The notes under the pieces are model-generated. The model saw only the letters and a list, made by a program, of their open reading frames with translations. It was not told the origin of the DNA and did not search any database. The translations under genes and the position numbers were made by a program. Of a DNA stretch of 64,000 nt, positions 1-9,400 are shown piece by piece. The DNA comes from an uncultured Polyangiaceae bacterium (GTDB lineage Bacteria > Myxococcota_A > Polyangia > Polyangiales > Polyangiaceae): positions 49,426 through 113,425 of the forward strand of contig CAYVXY010000002.1 in the NCBI GenBank assembly GCA_964454965.1, read 5' to 3'. The stretch's first letter is position 1; every line of letters begins with the position of its first letter.

Positions 1-871
1 GGATCCAAGCCAGTCGCTCGGTGCTCGTGCCGGAATATTGGGCAATCGCGCGAGCCAATTCGCTGACCGACGTGAAGCGCTCAGCTGGGTCGCGCGCGAG
101 GCACTTGCGCACCGCCGCATCCACGGCATCAGGCAGCTCTGGGCGCTGGGATTTTGGAGATTTTGGTGCGGACTCTAGAATGCACGCGCAGATTTCGAGC
201 ATACTCGCGCCCTGGTGCGGCAGGTTTCCCGTGAGTAACTCGTACAATACCACCCCGAGCGACCAGATATCCGCGCGCGCGTCCACGTTGGCACCCGCGC
301 GCATCTGCTCGGGCGCCATGTAGCAGGGTGAGCCAATCATCGAGTGAGATTGTGTAAGCGCGGAGCTGACTACGGTGTCCTTGGAGATCCCAAAGTCGAT
401 GACTTTGAGCCCCTGGGTACCGTCCGGCATCGTCGTAACAAAGAGATTGCTCGGCTTGATATCACGATGCACGATCCCATAAGCATGTGCTTCGAGGAGG
501 CCTTCGCAGGCTTGCAGGACGTAACTCAAGGCCTGATTGACGGGCAGCAATCCCGAGCGATCGAGCAGCGCACTGAGATCCTCGCCCTCGAGATACTCGA
601 GAACTAGAAAACAGGGGCCATTGTCCGGCGCCTCGACATCGAGCACGCGTGCAATGTGATTGCCGCGCAGGCGTGCCAACGCGCGGCCCTCACGGAGTAA
701 TCGTTCGGTGGCACCTGGGTGTTCGGAGGAGTCCGCGCGCAGGAGTTTGAGCGCGACGGGCCGTTCGAGCAGCAAGTGCTGCGCCAGGAACACAGTTCCC
801 ATCCCGCCCTGTCCGAGGACGCGCTCTATTCGGTACTTGCCAACGATGGTGGCTCCAATAGAGAACGACAT
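1..871 (-). CDS. Ser/Thr protein kinase (Hanks type), N-terminal catalytic domain; 3' end runs off the window start
   Basis: Own reverse-complement translation from ATG at 871-869: MSFSIGATIVGKYRIERVLGQGGMGTVFLAQH..PVALKLL..IVHRDIKPSNLF..VIDFGISK..GSPCYMAPEQ..DIWSLGVVLYELLTG. Kinase subdomains occur in canonical order. The frame stays open to nt 1, which explains its absence from the ORF track. Confidence 0.9.
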   Translation of the reverse strand, partial: MSFSIGATIVGKYRIERVLGQGGMGTVFLAQHLLLERPVALKLLRADSSEHPGATERLLREGRALARLRGNHIARVLDVEAPDNGPCFLVLEYLEGEDLSALLDRSGLLPVNQALSYVLQACEGLLEAHAYGIVHRDIKPSNLFVTTMPDGTQGLKVIDFGISKDTVVSSALTQSHSMIGSPCYMAPEQMRAGANVDARADIWSLGVVLYELLTGNLPHQGASMLEICACILESAPKSPKSQRPELPDAVDAAVRKCLARDPAERFTSVSELARAIAQYSGTSTERLAWI

Positions 872-1089
872 GGGAAATCGACGAAGAGAGCGTACCGCTT
901 GCGGCAGGAAAGAACGAAGAAGCCGTTCGGCCCACCCACGAGCTCGATAGCCCAAATGAGCCCGCCAGGCCATAGGCTACCTGGCCAAGGCCCGTCCATG
1001 CCCTCAAAGCCTCCCCGTTGAATGCCGGCAACGCTACGCTGACGTCGAGGTTGCGTCTGAGCTCGAGTCAAAGATCGTCCAAGCCAAGT

Positions 1090-2745
1090 ATGATGCGTTC
1101 GAGGTTCTTCTTCCCACTCATTATCGTTGCCAGTGCGGGGCTCCTTTGGTTCGCGCATTGGTTCGACTTTCAGTGCGACGATGCCTTCATTGCCATGCGC
1201 TATGCCGAGAACTGGGTAGCCCATGGACAGATTGTGTATAACTTAGGTGAGCGGGTCGAGGGTTACACCAGCTTTTCCTGGGTAGCGCTACTCGCTCTGC
1301 TGCATTGGTTTGGGTTGTCACTACCGACGGCTGCAAAGCTGCTTGGGGTGACAAGTGCCGTGCTGCTTGTGGTTTGTACGGCGCAGTATGCGAAGCGGCT
1401 CATGCCCGAGCGGCCGTTGGGAAGCGTCGTGCTGCTGGCCATGGTCGCTAGCAATGCCTGTATTGCGGCTTGGTCACTGGGTGGGCTCGAGACTCCGCTA
1501 TTCGCCGCTCTCGTCGTCGCGAGCATCATTGCCGTTTGGGCTTGGCTCGATTGCTCGACATCCAGGCGCGCGTTGGCTGCAGCGGCGGTTCTGTTCGTTG
1601 CTACGCTTACGCGGCCCGAAGCGGGCCTGCTCGCCATCTGCGTCGGCTCGTCGTTGGGGATAATGGTGCTCCGAACACGCCAGCTGCCACGCGGTACCGC
1701 TGTGTTCGTGATTGGTTACGCGCTGCCCTGCAGCGGCTACCTGCTGTGGCGTCACGGCTACTATGGCGATTGGCTGCCCAATACCTTCTACGTCAAGACC
1801 AGCGGAGCCGCAGGTGAACTGCGCATGCGCGGGCTATCCTATCTTGGATTCTGTGCAGAGGAGCTCGGGCAAGCGTTTGTCTTGGCGTTCTTCGGCTTGG
1901 CATTTCTACCTGCGCGCAGTTCCGTCGAGCAGTCCATCGGTCAGCGTCTCGCGTGCTACACGGCGCGGCTTTTCACGCTGCTTACGCTAGCCTATGTTGC
2001 CATGATCGGCGGCGACTTCCTCGATCTCTATCGGTTCTTGGTCCCTACGTTTCCATTGGTGTTTGGCCTCGCGCTGCATCGGGCATACGCTTTGCTGGGT
2101 TGTGCCGACGGATTACCCCGCGCGACTGCTTCGCCTCAAGCTGCCGGCGGATTACTTGGGACGGGTTGGTTTCAGGCGACTGTCAGCGTCGCATTCTTGG
2201 TGTGGTATGGGCACAACCAAGTGGCGCTTGCCCAGCGTGCCACGCTCGTCAGCGAAGTTGGTCGAAAGGAACACGGGATTGAGCCACTTGGATGGACCGC
2301 AACCTATGCCAGGCGCTGGGCTGCCACAGGGCGGTGGCTTGCCGCGCATTCCAAAGCTGGCGATTGGCTGGCGGTGGGTGCTGCTGGGGCGATGCCCTTC
2401 TACTCCAGGCTGCCCAATATTGATACCTTTGGACTCTGTGATGGGTACGTTGCCCGTCACGGTACGGTCATCGGGGCGCGACCCGGGCATCAGCGTTTTG
2501 CACCAATCGACTATCTGCTGCGACGCGCACCGACGTTTCTGTTGATCAACGACTACACCACCTCTGACCCGGCTCGCTTCAGGCAAGATCCGGCATGGGA
2601 ACAGCGTGGGTACGTATGGATTGAGGCGCACATCACGCCAGCGGAACACGCGTCACCCAGTGCATTCTATCACTACTTCCTGGTGCGACAGGAGCGCGCA
2701 GCCACGATCGTTGGCGCTGGCATGACTAGAGTGGCGCCGCAGTAA
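1090..2745 (+). CDS. Polytopic membrane protein, possibly a GT-C-fold glycosyltransferase
   Basis: 575-aa ORF (TTG 1018); the first in-frame ATG at 1090 (MMRSRFFFPLIIVASAGLLWF) precedes TM1. It has at least 10 hydrophobic segments. The acidic motif DDAFIAMRYAENW lies just after TM1, as in the first loop of GT-C enzymes (inference). It is divergent from the kinase gene. Confidence 0.6.
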   Translation: MMRSRFFFPLIIVASAGLLWFAHWFDFQCDDAFIAMRYAENWVAHGQIVYNLGERVEGYTSFSWVALLALLHWFGLSLPTAAKLLGVTSAVLLVVCTAQYAKRLMPERPLGSVVLLAMVASNACIAAWSLGGLETPLFAALVVASIIAVWAWLDCSTSRRALAAAAVLFVATLTRPEAGLLAICVGSSLGIMVLRTRQLPRGTAVFVIGYALPCSGYLLWRHGYYGDWLPNTFYVKTSGAAGELRMRGLSYLGFCAEELGQAFVLAFFGLAFLPARSSVEQSIGQRLACYTARLFTLLTLAYVAMIGGDFLDLYRFLVPTFPLVFGLALHRAYALLGCADGLPRATASPQAAGGLLGTGWFQATVSVAFLVWYGHNQVALAQRATLVSEVGRKEHGIEPLGWTATYARRWAATGRWLAAHSKAGDWLAVGAAGAMPFYSRLPNIDTFGLCDGYVARHGTVIGARPGHQRFAPIDYLLRRAPTFLLINDYTTSDPARFRQDPAWEQRGYVWIEAHITPAEHASPSAFYHYFLVRQERAATIVGAGMTRVAPQ

Positions 2746-2785
2746 TGCGTCTGAACTGGTTCCAGGCAAAAATTCCGCGAGGACT

Positions 2786-3187
2786 TCAGGAAACACGTCG
2801 CCAATCTTGCTCGCAGCGTGGTCGAGCTGACCTGGTGCGGTGAAGGAGGTGCGGCGGCAATGCCTTCGCTGGGTGCGGCGCGCTGGACGCAGGTGGCGTA
2901 TGAGAACGAAAGCGTTCACCACGCTTCCTTTTGTTTGGCCTGTGCGGCACTACGAAGTATAGCTCGGCGTCGTTTCCGCCCGCGGCAATGCCCTTGTTGC
3001 CAATGAGTGCTTGGAAATGCGCGCGTTGGTGCATGGCAAAGCCGCCCTCGAAGGAGACGTTCTCGCCAAAATCGGTCGTTATCTTCTCCAGCCATTCTCC
3101 GTGAGCTGCGCTACCCTTCGGCACCGCGCTCGAGCACGCCGCGGTGAGCGCTGCACCGACAAGGACAGATAGAGCTCGGTCAAACAT
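2786..3187 (-). CDS. Putative small lipoprotein (3' end uncertain)
   Basis: N-terminus MFDRALSVLVGAALTAACSS is a signal peptide plus lipobox. The first ~85 codons look coding. The tail (HRPNKRKRGERFRSHTPP...) is Arg/Pro-rich with low GC3, so the true stop or frame is unclear. Confidence 0.35.
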   Translation of the reverse strand: MFDRALSVLVGAALTAACSSAVPKGSAAHGEWLEKITTDFGENVSFEGGFAMHQRAHFQALIGNKGIAAGGNDAELYFVVPHRPNKRKRGERFRSHTPPASSAPHPAKALPPHLLHRTRSARPRCEQDWRRVS

Positions 3188-3269
3188 CGGTTGAGCCTCC
3201 AGGGCCGGGCCAGCCTAGCCAATTGGAGGCTCCGCTCGCAACTGGATTGGGTGTAAAAGACTACCGACG

Positions 3270-3968
3270 ATGCATCCCCTGATGAAGGCCTTTGTTGATG
3301 GCTCCCGCTACGGCTGGCAGCGCCGCGGCTCGATTAGTGGGTTACTGCTGGTCCTGTGGCTGCCCGTCGAGTTGGTCATCGCCAGGCTTCCGACTGAGCG
3401 CCATGCCGTTGCTCAGATGTCCCTGGAGAGTCTGGTCGAACCGCTCTGGATCGGCGCGCTCCTTCACCTCTGTCGCGCCGATCGGAGGCAGAAACCAATC
3501 GGCATGTTCTGCGCATTGCGTCGCGCCAAGCAGAGCTACGCGCGGTTGTTCGGGATCCGTACCGTGCTCGAGGTGCGGATCTTGTTCGGGCTCGTCGCTG
3601 GAATCATGCCGGGCCTTGTCATGCTTGCGAACTATGCCCTTATGGATGTGCTGGCGATTTGTGAAGATGTCGGCCCCACCCAATGTCGCACTCGCAGCGC
3701 GACCCTCGTAAGAGGACACGTTGTCGCGGTACTCGTTCTATTGGTGTTGGCCAACCTGGTGCCGCTCGGACTGGATGAACTCGTTGAAATTGCCGCGGAA
3801 TCTGCGCAGAACGGCGTGATCACGGCGCTCTTGCGCTTGGCAACGTTCGTGGTAAGCGCGTTCTTGCCGCTGACCCTGTTCGAGTTCTACCGCAGGCGCA
3901 GCGGTGCACCCCAATCGGACCTCACTCCGAGTCCAACCGGCGCGACAATGCCAGCAACAACGGCGTGA
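3270..3968 (+). CDS. Hypothetical integral membrane protein
   Basis: 232-aa ORF with several hydrophobic helices (LLLVLWLPVELVIA, ILFGLVAGIMPGLVMLANYAL, VAVLVLLVLANLVPLGL, LATFVVSAFLPLTLF). No recognisable motif. Confidence 0.55.
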   Translation: MHPLMKAFVDGSRYGWQRRGSISGLLLVLWLPVELVIARLPTERHAVAQMSLESLVEPLWIGALLHLCRADRRQKPIGMFCALRRAKQSYARLFGIRTVLEVRILFGLVAGIMPGLVMLANYALMDVLAICEDVGPTQCRTRSATLVRGHVVAVLVLLVLANLVPLGLDELVEIAAESAQNGVITALLRLATFVVSAFLPLTLFEFYRRRSGAPQSDLTPSPTGATMPATTA

Positions 3969-4019
3969 TAGACGTTTTCGGCCCAATACCCCGCTCGGTT
4001 CGACTAGGATGACCGCACC

Positions 4020-4460
4020 ATGCCATCTGAACACGAGACGTTTTGGCTAGCGAATCGCTACGCCGTCATCGGCAACGGCAAGAGCGGTCATCCATTTCCG
4101 AAACTGACCTACGGCGCACTGAAGAAGAACGGTAAGGTCGTCTTCCCGATCGATCCGAGTGCCGAGACCGTCGAGGGGGATCGGGCGTATGCGAGTCTCT
4201 CGGCGCTTGCCGAACCCATCGATGCCGTCGTTATCGAGGTGCCAAAGGCGGAGACGATGCGCTGGTGCCAGCAGGCCGTCGACCGTGGCATCAAGGACAT
4301 TTGGCTGCACGCGAACACCGACAGTCCCGAGGTCATCGCCTTCGCCAAGGAGCACGGGGTGCGACTGCGCACGGGGACCTGCGCCGTAATGTATTTGCAC
4401 CGCGGCTTTTCAGCGCACGCGGTGCATCGTGTGATCAATCGACTGCTGGGTAAGTACTAA
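4020..4460 (+). CDS. CoA-binding domain protein (YccU/YneT-like)
   Basis: 146 aa: YAVIGNGKSGHPFPKLTYGALKKNGKVVFPIDPS..ETVEGDRAYASLSAL..IDAVVIEVPKAETMRWCQQAVDRGIKDIWLH. This is the typical small Rossmann-type CoA-binding pattern. Confidence 0.8.
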   Translation: MPSEHETFWLANRYAVIGNGKSGHPFPKLTYGALKKNGKVVFPIDPSAETVEGDRAYASLSALAEPIDAVVIEVPKAETMRWCQQAVDRGIKDIWLHANTDSPEVIAFAKEHGVRLRTGTCAVMYLHRGFSAHAVHRVINRLLGKY

Positions 4461-4828
4461 CCCCAACGGCTCCCCATGGCTCGTCAGCAATGGGGCGGGT
4501 TTCGGTTCAGTCTCGCTCGATAGTCAGGCCGATTGATATGCTCTTTTGTGGTCTGTTCGGCGTGATTGTTGCGGGGTTAGTCGTCAACTTGGGCTTATGC
4601 CCGTACCTCACGCGACAGTGCGAGCAAGTTGTCGCTGCAACAAGCTATTTTGCCAGCAATGGGCCAACGTGTGGTGCGTTCAAGCGTCGTGGTCACCCCG
4701 AACTGACCCAATGGCTGGGAGTTTGCGCCGGATGCCATGACATGGCTCGGTGAACACCGATCGCGACTGGGTGCCGGTGCGGGGCACCTTGTCACGTTCG
4801 GCAAACCCAAGTAGTGAGCCGAAAGTGC

Positions 4829-5314
4829 ATGCCTGAGCCCATCCAACTCGTTACCACGGCTTTGCTCAACGCCACCATCGAACGCGCCAAACAGAGTCCA
4901 AGGCTACGCATGAATCACAATTTTCATGCGAGCGACGATGCGAATATTCACCGGTTCCTTAATGCATTCGTTCGTGGCACTTACGTGGCGCCTCACCGTC
5001 ATATCAATCCGCCCAAACCCGAGGTATTCTTGGCACTGGCGGGCAGAATCGCGTTTTTCGTCTTCGACGACCAGGGCGCCATCACCTGTTGCTTTCGCTT
5101 AGGCGAAGGAGGTCTGATCGGCGTAGACGTCCAGGCCGGGGTCTGGCACGGCATGGTGGTGTTGGGTGAGTCGGCTGTCATCTACGAGGTGAAGCCGGGA
5201 CCCTTCGTCCCAACGTCGGACAAGGATTTTGCCCCCTTCGCCCCACGTGAAGGGGACAGCGCTGTCGCAGACTACCTCGCCATGCTCGTCGAACGCGCAG
5301 AACAGGCAAGCTAG
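4829..5314 (+). CDS. WbuC-family cupin-fold protein
   Basis: ORF 4814 (GTG)/4829 (ATG)-5314: SPRLRMNHNFH..IHRFLNAFVRGTYVAPHRH..PEVFLALAGRIAFFVFDDQGAI..GVWHGMVVL..IYEVKPGPF..FAPFAPREGD matches my memory of the WbuC cupin family. Confidence 0.7.
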   Translation: MPEPIQLVTTALLNATIERAKQSPRLRMNHNFHASDDANIHRFLNAFVRGTYVAPHRHINPPKPEVFLALAGRIAFFVFDDQGAITCCFRLGEGGLIGVDVQAGVWHGMVVLGESAVIYEVKPGPFVPTSDKDFAPFAPREGDSAVADYLAMLVERAEQAS

Positions 5315-5472
5315 GACGAACCTTCGCGCCACAGTTGCGCGTTGCTACGCCAGAATCGGCCGATATTGCCCGGAGCACGGGTTCTCTGCCCCCAAAAGTG
5401 CGACCACTTGCGATTTTGCCTTTACCGGCCCATCCTCGCCCGGCAGAGTCTTTCTCCCGACAAGGATAGCGA

Positions 5473-6489
5473 ATGACCAGGCATGATATCGAGTGGCCCA
5501 GCTTCGCGGGTGTCCCTGAGGACGACGCACTGACCATCTTCACGCGGCCCGAATCGCAGGAACTGGCGCGGTGGGTATGGCAAAATGGAGAGATCCGTGA
5601 AGCGGACCAGATCCGAGTTCACTACTACTCGAATGCGCTGCACTACGGCTCGGCAGTTTTCGAGGGGATCCGGGCCTATCCTACCTCAAAGGGGACCGCT
5701 CTATTCAGACTCGACGACCACATCGATCGGTTGCTCCATTCCGCCAGCTTGTACGGCATGAAGCTGGAGCATTCTGAGGAAGAGCTCACCAGGGGCGCCA
5801 TCGAGGTTACTGAGCGCAACGGCATTGACAACGGATACCTGCGTCCGATCGCGTTTTTTGGCAATGGGCCGATTGATCTCAAGCCAAAGGTGGCCTGTCC
5901 GGTGCAGGTGCTGATCGCGATTCGAAGCCTTGGCGCGTTTCTCGGAGCAGGCGCTTTGCGCAACGGGATCCGCCTGACCATCTCGAGTTGGCGCAAATTC
6001 CACCACTCGATGATGCCCACCATGGCCAAGGCCAGTGGTCACTACGCCAACAGTGTTCTTGCAGCACATGAGGCAGTCGACCGCGGCTTCGACGATGCCA
6101 TCTTGCTCAATTCGGACGGCACCGTCGCCAGTGCCACCGGCATGAACCTGTTCTTCGTCCACGGCGGACGCTTGTTCACCAACGACGAGCAATCCTCGAT
6201 TATCCCGGGCATTACGCGCGATTCCATCCTGGTTTTGGCCCAAGACAATGACATCCCGGTAGAAGTGCGGCCATTTATCCGCGAAGAACTCCTGCGCGCC
6301 GACGAGGTGTTCTTGACAGGGACTGCCGCAGAAGTAACTCCGGTGCGCGAGCTCGAGTCAACGACGTACAGAACCGGACGCCAGACGATGGGGGCGTTCC
6401 TTCAACGCGCCTACCTGCGCGCCGTTTTGGGCCAAGACGAGAAGCATCAGGATTGGCTCACGTACGTGAAGCCGACGCACGAACGCTAG
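5473..6489 (+). CDS. ilvE: Branched-chain amino acid aminotransferase (PLP fold type IV)
   Basis: 338 aa: WQNGEIREADQIRVHYYSNALHYGSAVFEGIRAY..ALFRLDDHIDRLLHSA..GYLRPIAFFG..TMAKASGHYANSVLA..EVFLTGTAAEVTPV. Confidence 0.9.
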   Translation: MTRHDIEWPSFAGVPEDDALTIFTRPESQELARWVWQNGEIREADQIRVHYYSNALHYGSAVFEGIRAYPTSKGTALFRLDDHIDRLLHSASLYGMKLEHSEEELTRGAIEVTERNGIDNGYLRPIAFFGNGPIDLKPKVACPVQVLIAIRSLGAFLGAGALRNGIRLTISSWRKFHHSMMPTMAKASGHYANSVLAAHEAVDRGFDDAILLNSDGTVASATGMNLFFVHGGRLFTNDEQSSIIPGITRDSILVLAQDNDIPVEVRPFIREELLRADEVFLTGTAAEVTPVRELESTTYRTGRQTMGAFLQRAYLRAVLGQDEKHQDWLTYVKPTHER

Positions 6490-6492
6490 AAC

Positions 6493-9400
6493 TTACGTCC
6501 ACTCGCCCGTCCGTTGCACCAGTTCGAGCAGGGCTTCGTTCTGGATCACGGACTGCATTGCTCGCACCGTAGGTGCTGGCGGCACCGAGGGAGGCATCGA
6601 CTTGGGCGGCTCGTGCAACACGGTGTCGATGGGCCGCAGTCGTTGTGCAACAACGGAAGTGACCTGCGGGAAGGAAACCGCCAAGCCCGTGGCGAGCACG
6701 CTCGAACCAAGCGCAATCCCCCAACCAATGGGCGACAACGGCTGGCAGCCAAAGAATTGGCTCACGCCTGGTGTTTGGACGATGGCGGCCAACAGCGCCG
6801 AGGAAAGCACGCTCGTGGTGATGACGGGTCGACTGTAACCCCCCGCAGTGATCGTCTGTCCAAGTTGCGTCCCGACCAAGGCAAGCAGGCCGACCGTACT
6901 CGCCCGTTCGAAGCTGCCAAGGACACGCGCCACGGTCCAAGCCATGCCCGCGCCACTGGCTGTGATGATGGCGCGCGCTGCAATGTCACGGTTCAATGGT
7001 TTGCCGAGCGACGCATCAGGCCCCTCATTCGCGAGCTGCTCAAGCTGTTCCACCGAGGGAGGCCGCAACGCGATGGCCATGGCCGGAGCCACGTCCGTGA
7101 GCAGATTCACCAGCAGTAGCTGCCGCGGATTCAACGGTGGCCGACCATCGACCAGGCCGGCGGCCAAGGTGAAGCCGATTTCGCCCAGGTTGCCACCAAC
7201 CAGAATCGATACTGCGTCACGGACACTTGCCCACATGGCGCGGCCTTCGATAATGGCCTCGACAACCGTCTCGATCCGCTCATCCGTCAAGACGATATCC
7301 GCTGCGCTGCGGGCGGCCCCAGTGCTCGTTTCGCCAACGGCAATCCCGACGTTGGCCAAGCGGATTGCCGGAGCGTCGTTGGCGCCGTCACCGACCATTG
7401 CTACGACTCGCCCCTTGCGCTGCAGGGCGCGTACGATGCGTGCCTTCTGTGAAGGGGTGACACGCGCGAAGATCTGAACATCGTCGAGGCAACGATCGAG
7501 CTCATCGTCCGTCATGCTCAGCAGCTGGGCCCCAGACAACTGCACGCGACGGTCGACGAATCTTAGTTCATCGGCAATCGCGGCCGCCGTGCGCGGGTGG
7601 TCGCCGGTGATCATGAGCGGACGCACGCCGGTGCGGCGCAGCCGCCGCAGCGCCTTGCTCGCGGTAGGCCGAACTGGATCGCGGAACGCCACCATACCCA
7701 ACAGGGTCAACCCGGAAAGATCGCGTAGCTGTTCGGGATCTGCCGACGGGACCTGCCTATCGGCGACTCCCAGCAACCGGTAGCCGCGCCGTGCGAGTTG
7801 GTCGGTAACTTGCTCGACGTCTCGGCGCGTGACGTCGTCGAGAGCAACACGTTGTCCATCGACGACAGCTTGGGTACAAGCCGCAAGAATGACCTCGGGC
7901 GCACCCTTGACGTCAAGCCAATCCGCTCCCTCCGCGCGACCAAGGACAGCATGGTAGGCACGCCCTGGTTCGAAAGGCAGTTCCGCGCCACGTTCCCAAT
8001 GGCTGCGACCTAGCGTCAACGACACAGAAAGCGACTCCGCAGAACGCAACAAGGCAGCGTCCGTTGGGTCATCGTGCGCCATCGCGTAGCGGGCATCTGG
8101 CGCCGCGCGCAGAGCTGCCGCCACCACCAGCCGCTCCATTTCGAGCAACTCATCACGTCCGACGAAACGCCGGCCCTGAGTGACACCCACGAACTCGAGC
8201 CGCCCCTCGGTAAGAGTCCCAGTCTTATCAAGACAAAGTACATCGACACGGCCGAGTGCTTCGATCGATCGAGTACTCCGCACGAGAGCACCGCGTGCCA
8301 TCAGGCGACGTGCCGCCGCGAGTTGTGCGGCGGTGGCCAAGAGCGGAAGACCCTCGGGAACACTTGCCACCGCGAGACTCACCCCGGCTGGCACCAGATG
8401 CTCGACGCGCCGCCCGCGCAACATGCCGGCCAGAACCAGACCGACGCCAGCTCCCAGGGCCACCGGAGCCGTCAAGTTGACCAACGAACGCAGACGTTGT
8501 TCGACGCCGCTGGCATGCGGAACGCGGCGCAACGCCACCATGCCGCGCTTGGCTTCGGTTTGATCCCCAACAGCAACGACGATGCCCGTAACGCGCCCCG
8601 CGGCGATGCTCGTACCGGAATACAGCATACTGCTGCGATCGGCCGCCGAACCCTCGTAGCTCGGGTCCGAAGAGCGGACCACCGGTAGTGATTCACCGGT
8701 CAGACTCGCGGTGTCCACCTCGAGTGATTCGGCGTGCAGGATTCGGCAATCCGCGGGAACCACTTCACCACTCGACAAGACGACGATATCTCCCGTCACC
8801 AGATCGTCGACATCGACGTCGACAATGTGCCCGTCGCGGTGGACCGTAACCGTGCGTCGAGCGACTTGCGTCAAATCACGAATACGTCGCTCGGTGCGGA
8901 ACTTCTGGTAGCCGCCGAATATGGCATTGACCACGACGACGCCACCCACCATCACCGCATCACCCATCGAACCGGCCACGGCGGACAGGCCTGCGCCCAC
9001 AGCCAGCAGCGGAGCCAAGGGGTTGAACAGTTCATCCGAAACGTCTTCGACGAACTCGACGAAAGCCGGCTTGACGCTGCTCTTCACCGGCCTGCGGCGA
9101 TGCACTTCGATTTCGGCAAGCCCTACCTCGGAGGTAGAAAGTCGCCGCATGACTCCACGCGCATCGAGCGCATGCCACGGGGTGCGATCGCGGAGCGGCA
9201 CGACAGGTTGACGCGCCAAGGCTCGCGACGCACGCACGCCATTGAGCATCGAGATGAGCGTCGCCGCATTGACGACGGTAATGACACGTCGACTCGTCAG
9301 CGGTAGCAGGCCACCTGCCGAAACGAGGGCTCCCATCGTGGCAGCGGCCAACGCGATATTGACACTCTGCTTGGCGATCTGGCGCGCCACCACGGTAGCC

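Noticed and set aside
150-260. Apparent frameshift in the Ser/Thr kinase gene near nt 210
   Set aside because: My first hand translation dropped two bases. Careful re-reading of the reverse complement gives a continuous frame (..LTGNLPHQGASMLEICACILESAPKSPKSQRPELPDAV..) to nt 1.
4490-4753. 87-aa ORF with one hydrophobic segment and several Cys
   Set aside because: It has no recognisable family or ribosome-binding site and is overlapped by other small ORFs. The evidence is insufficient to call it.
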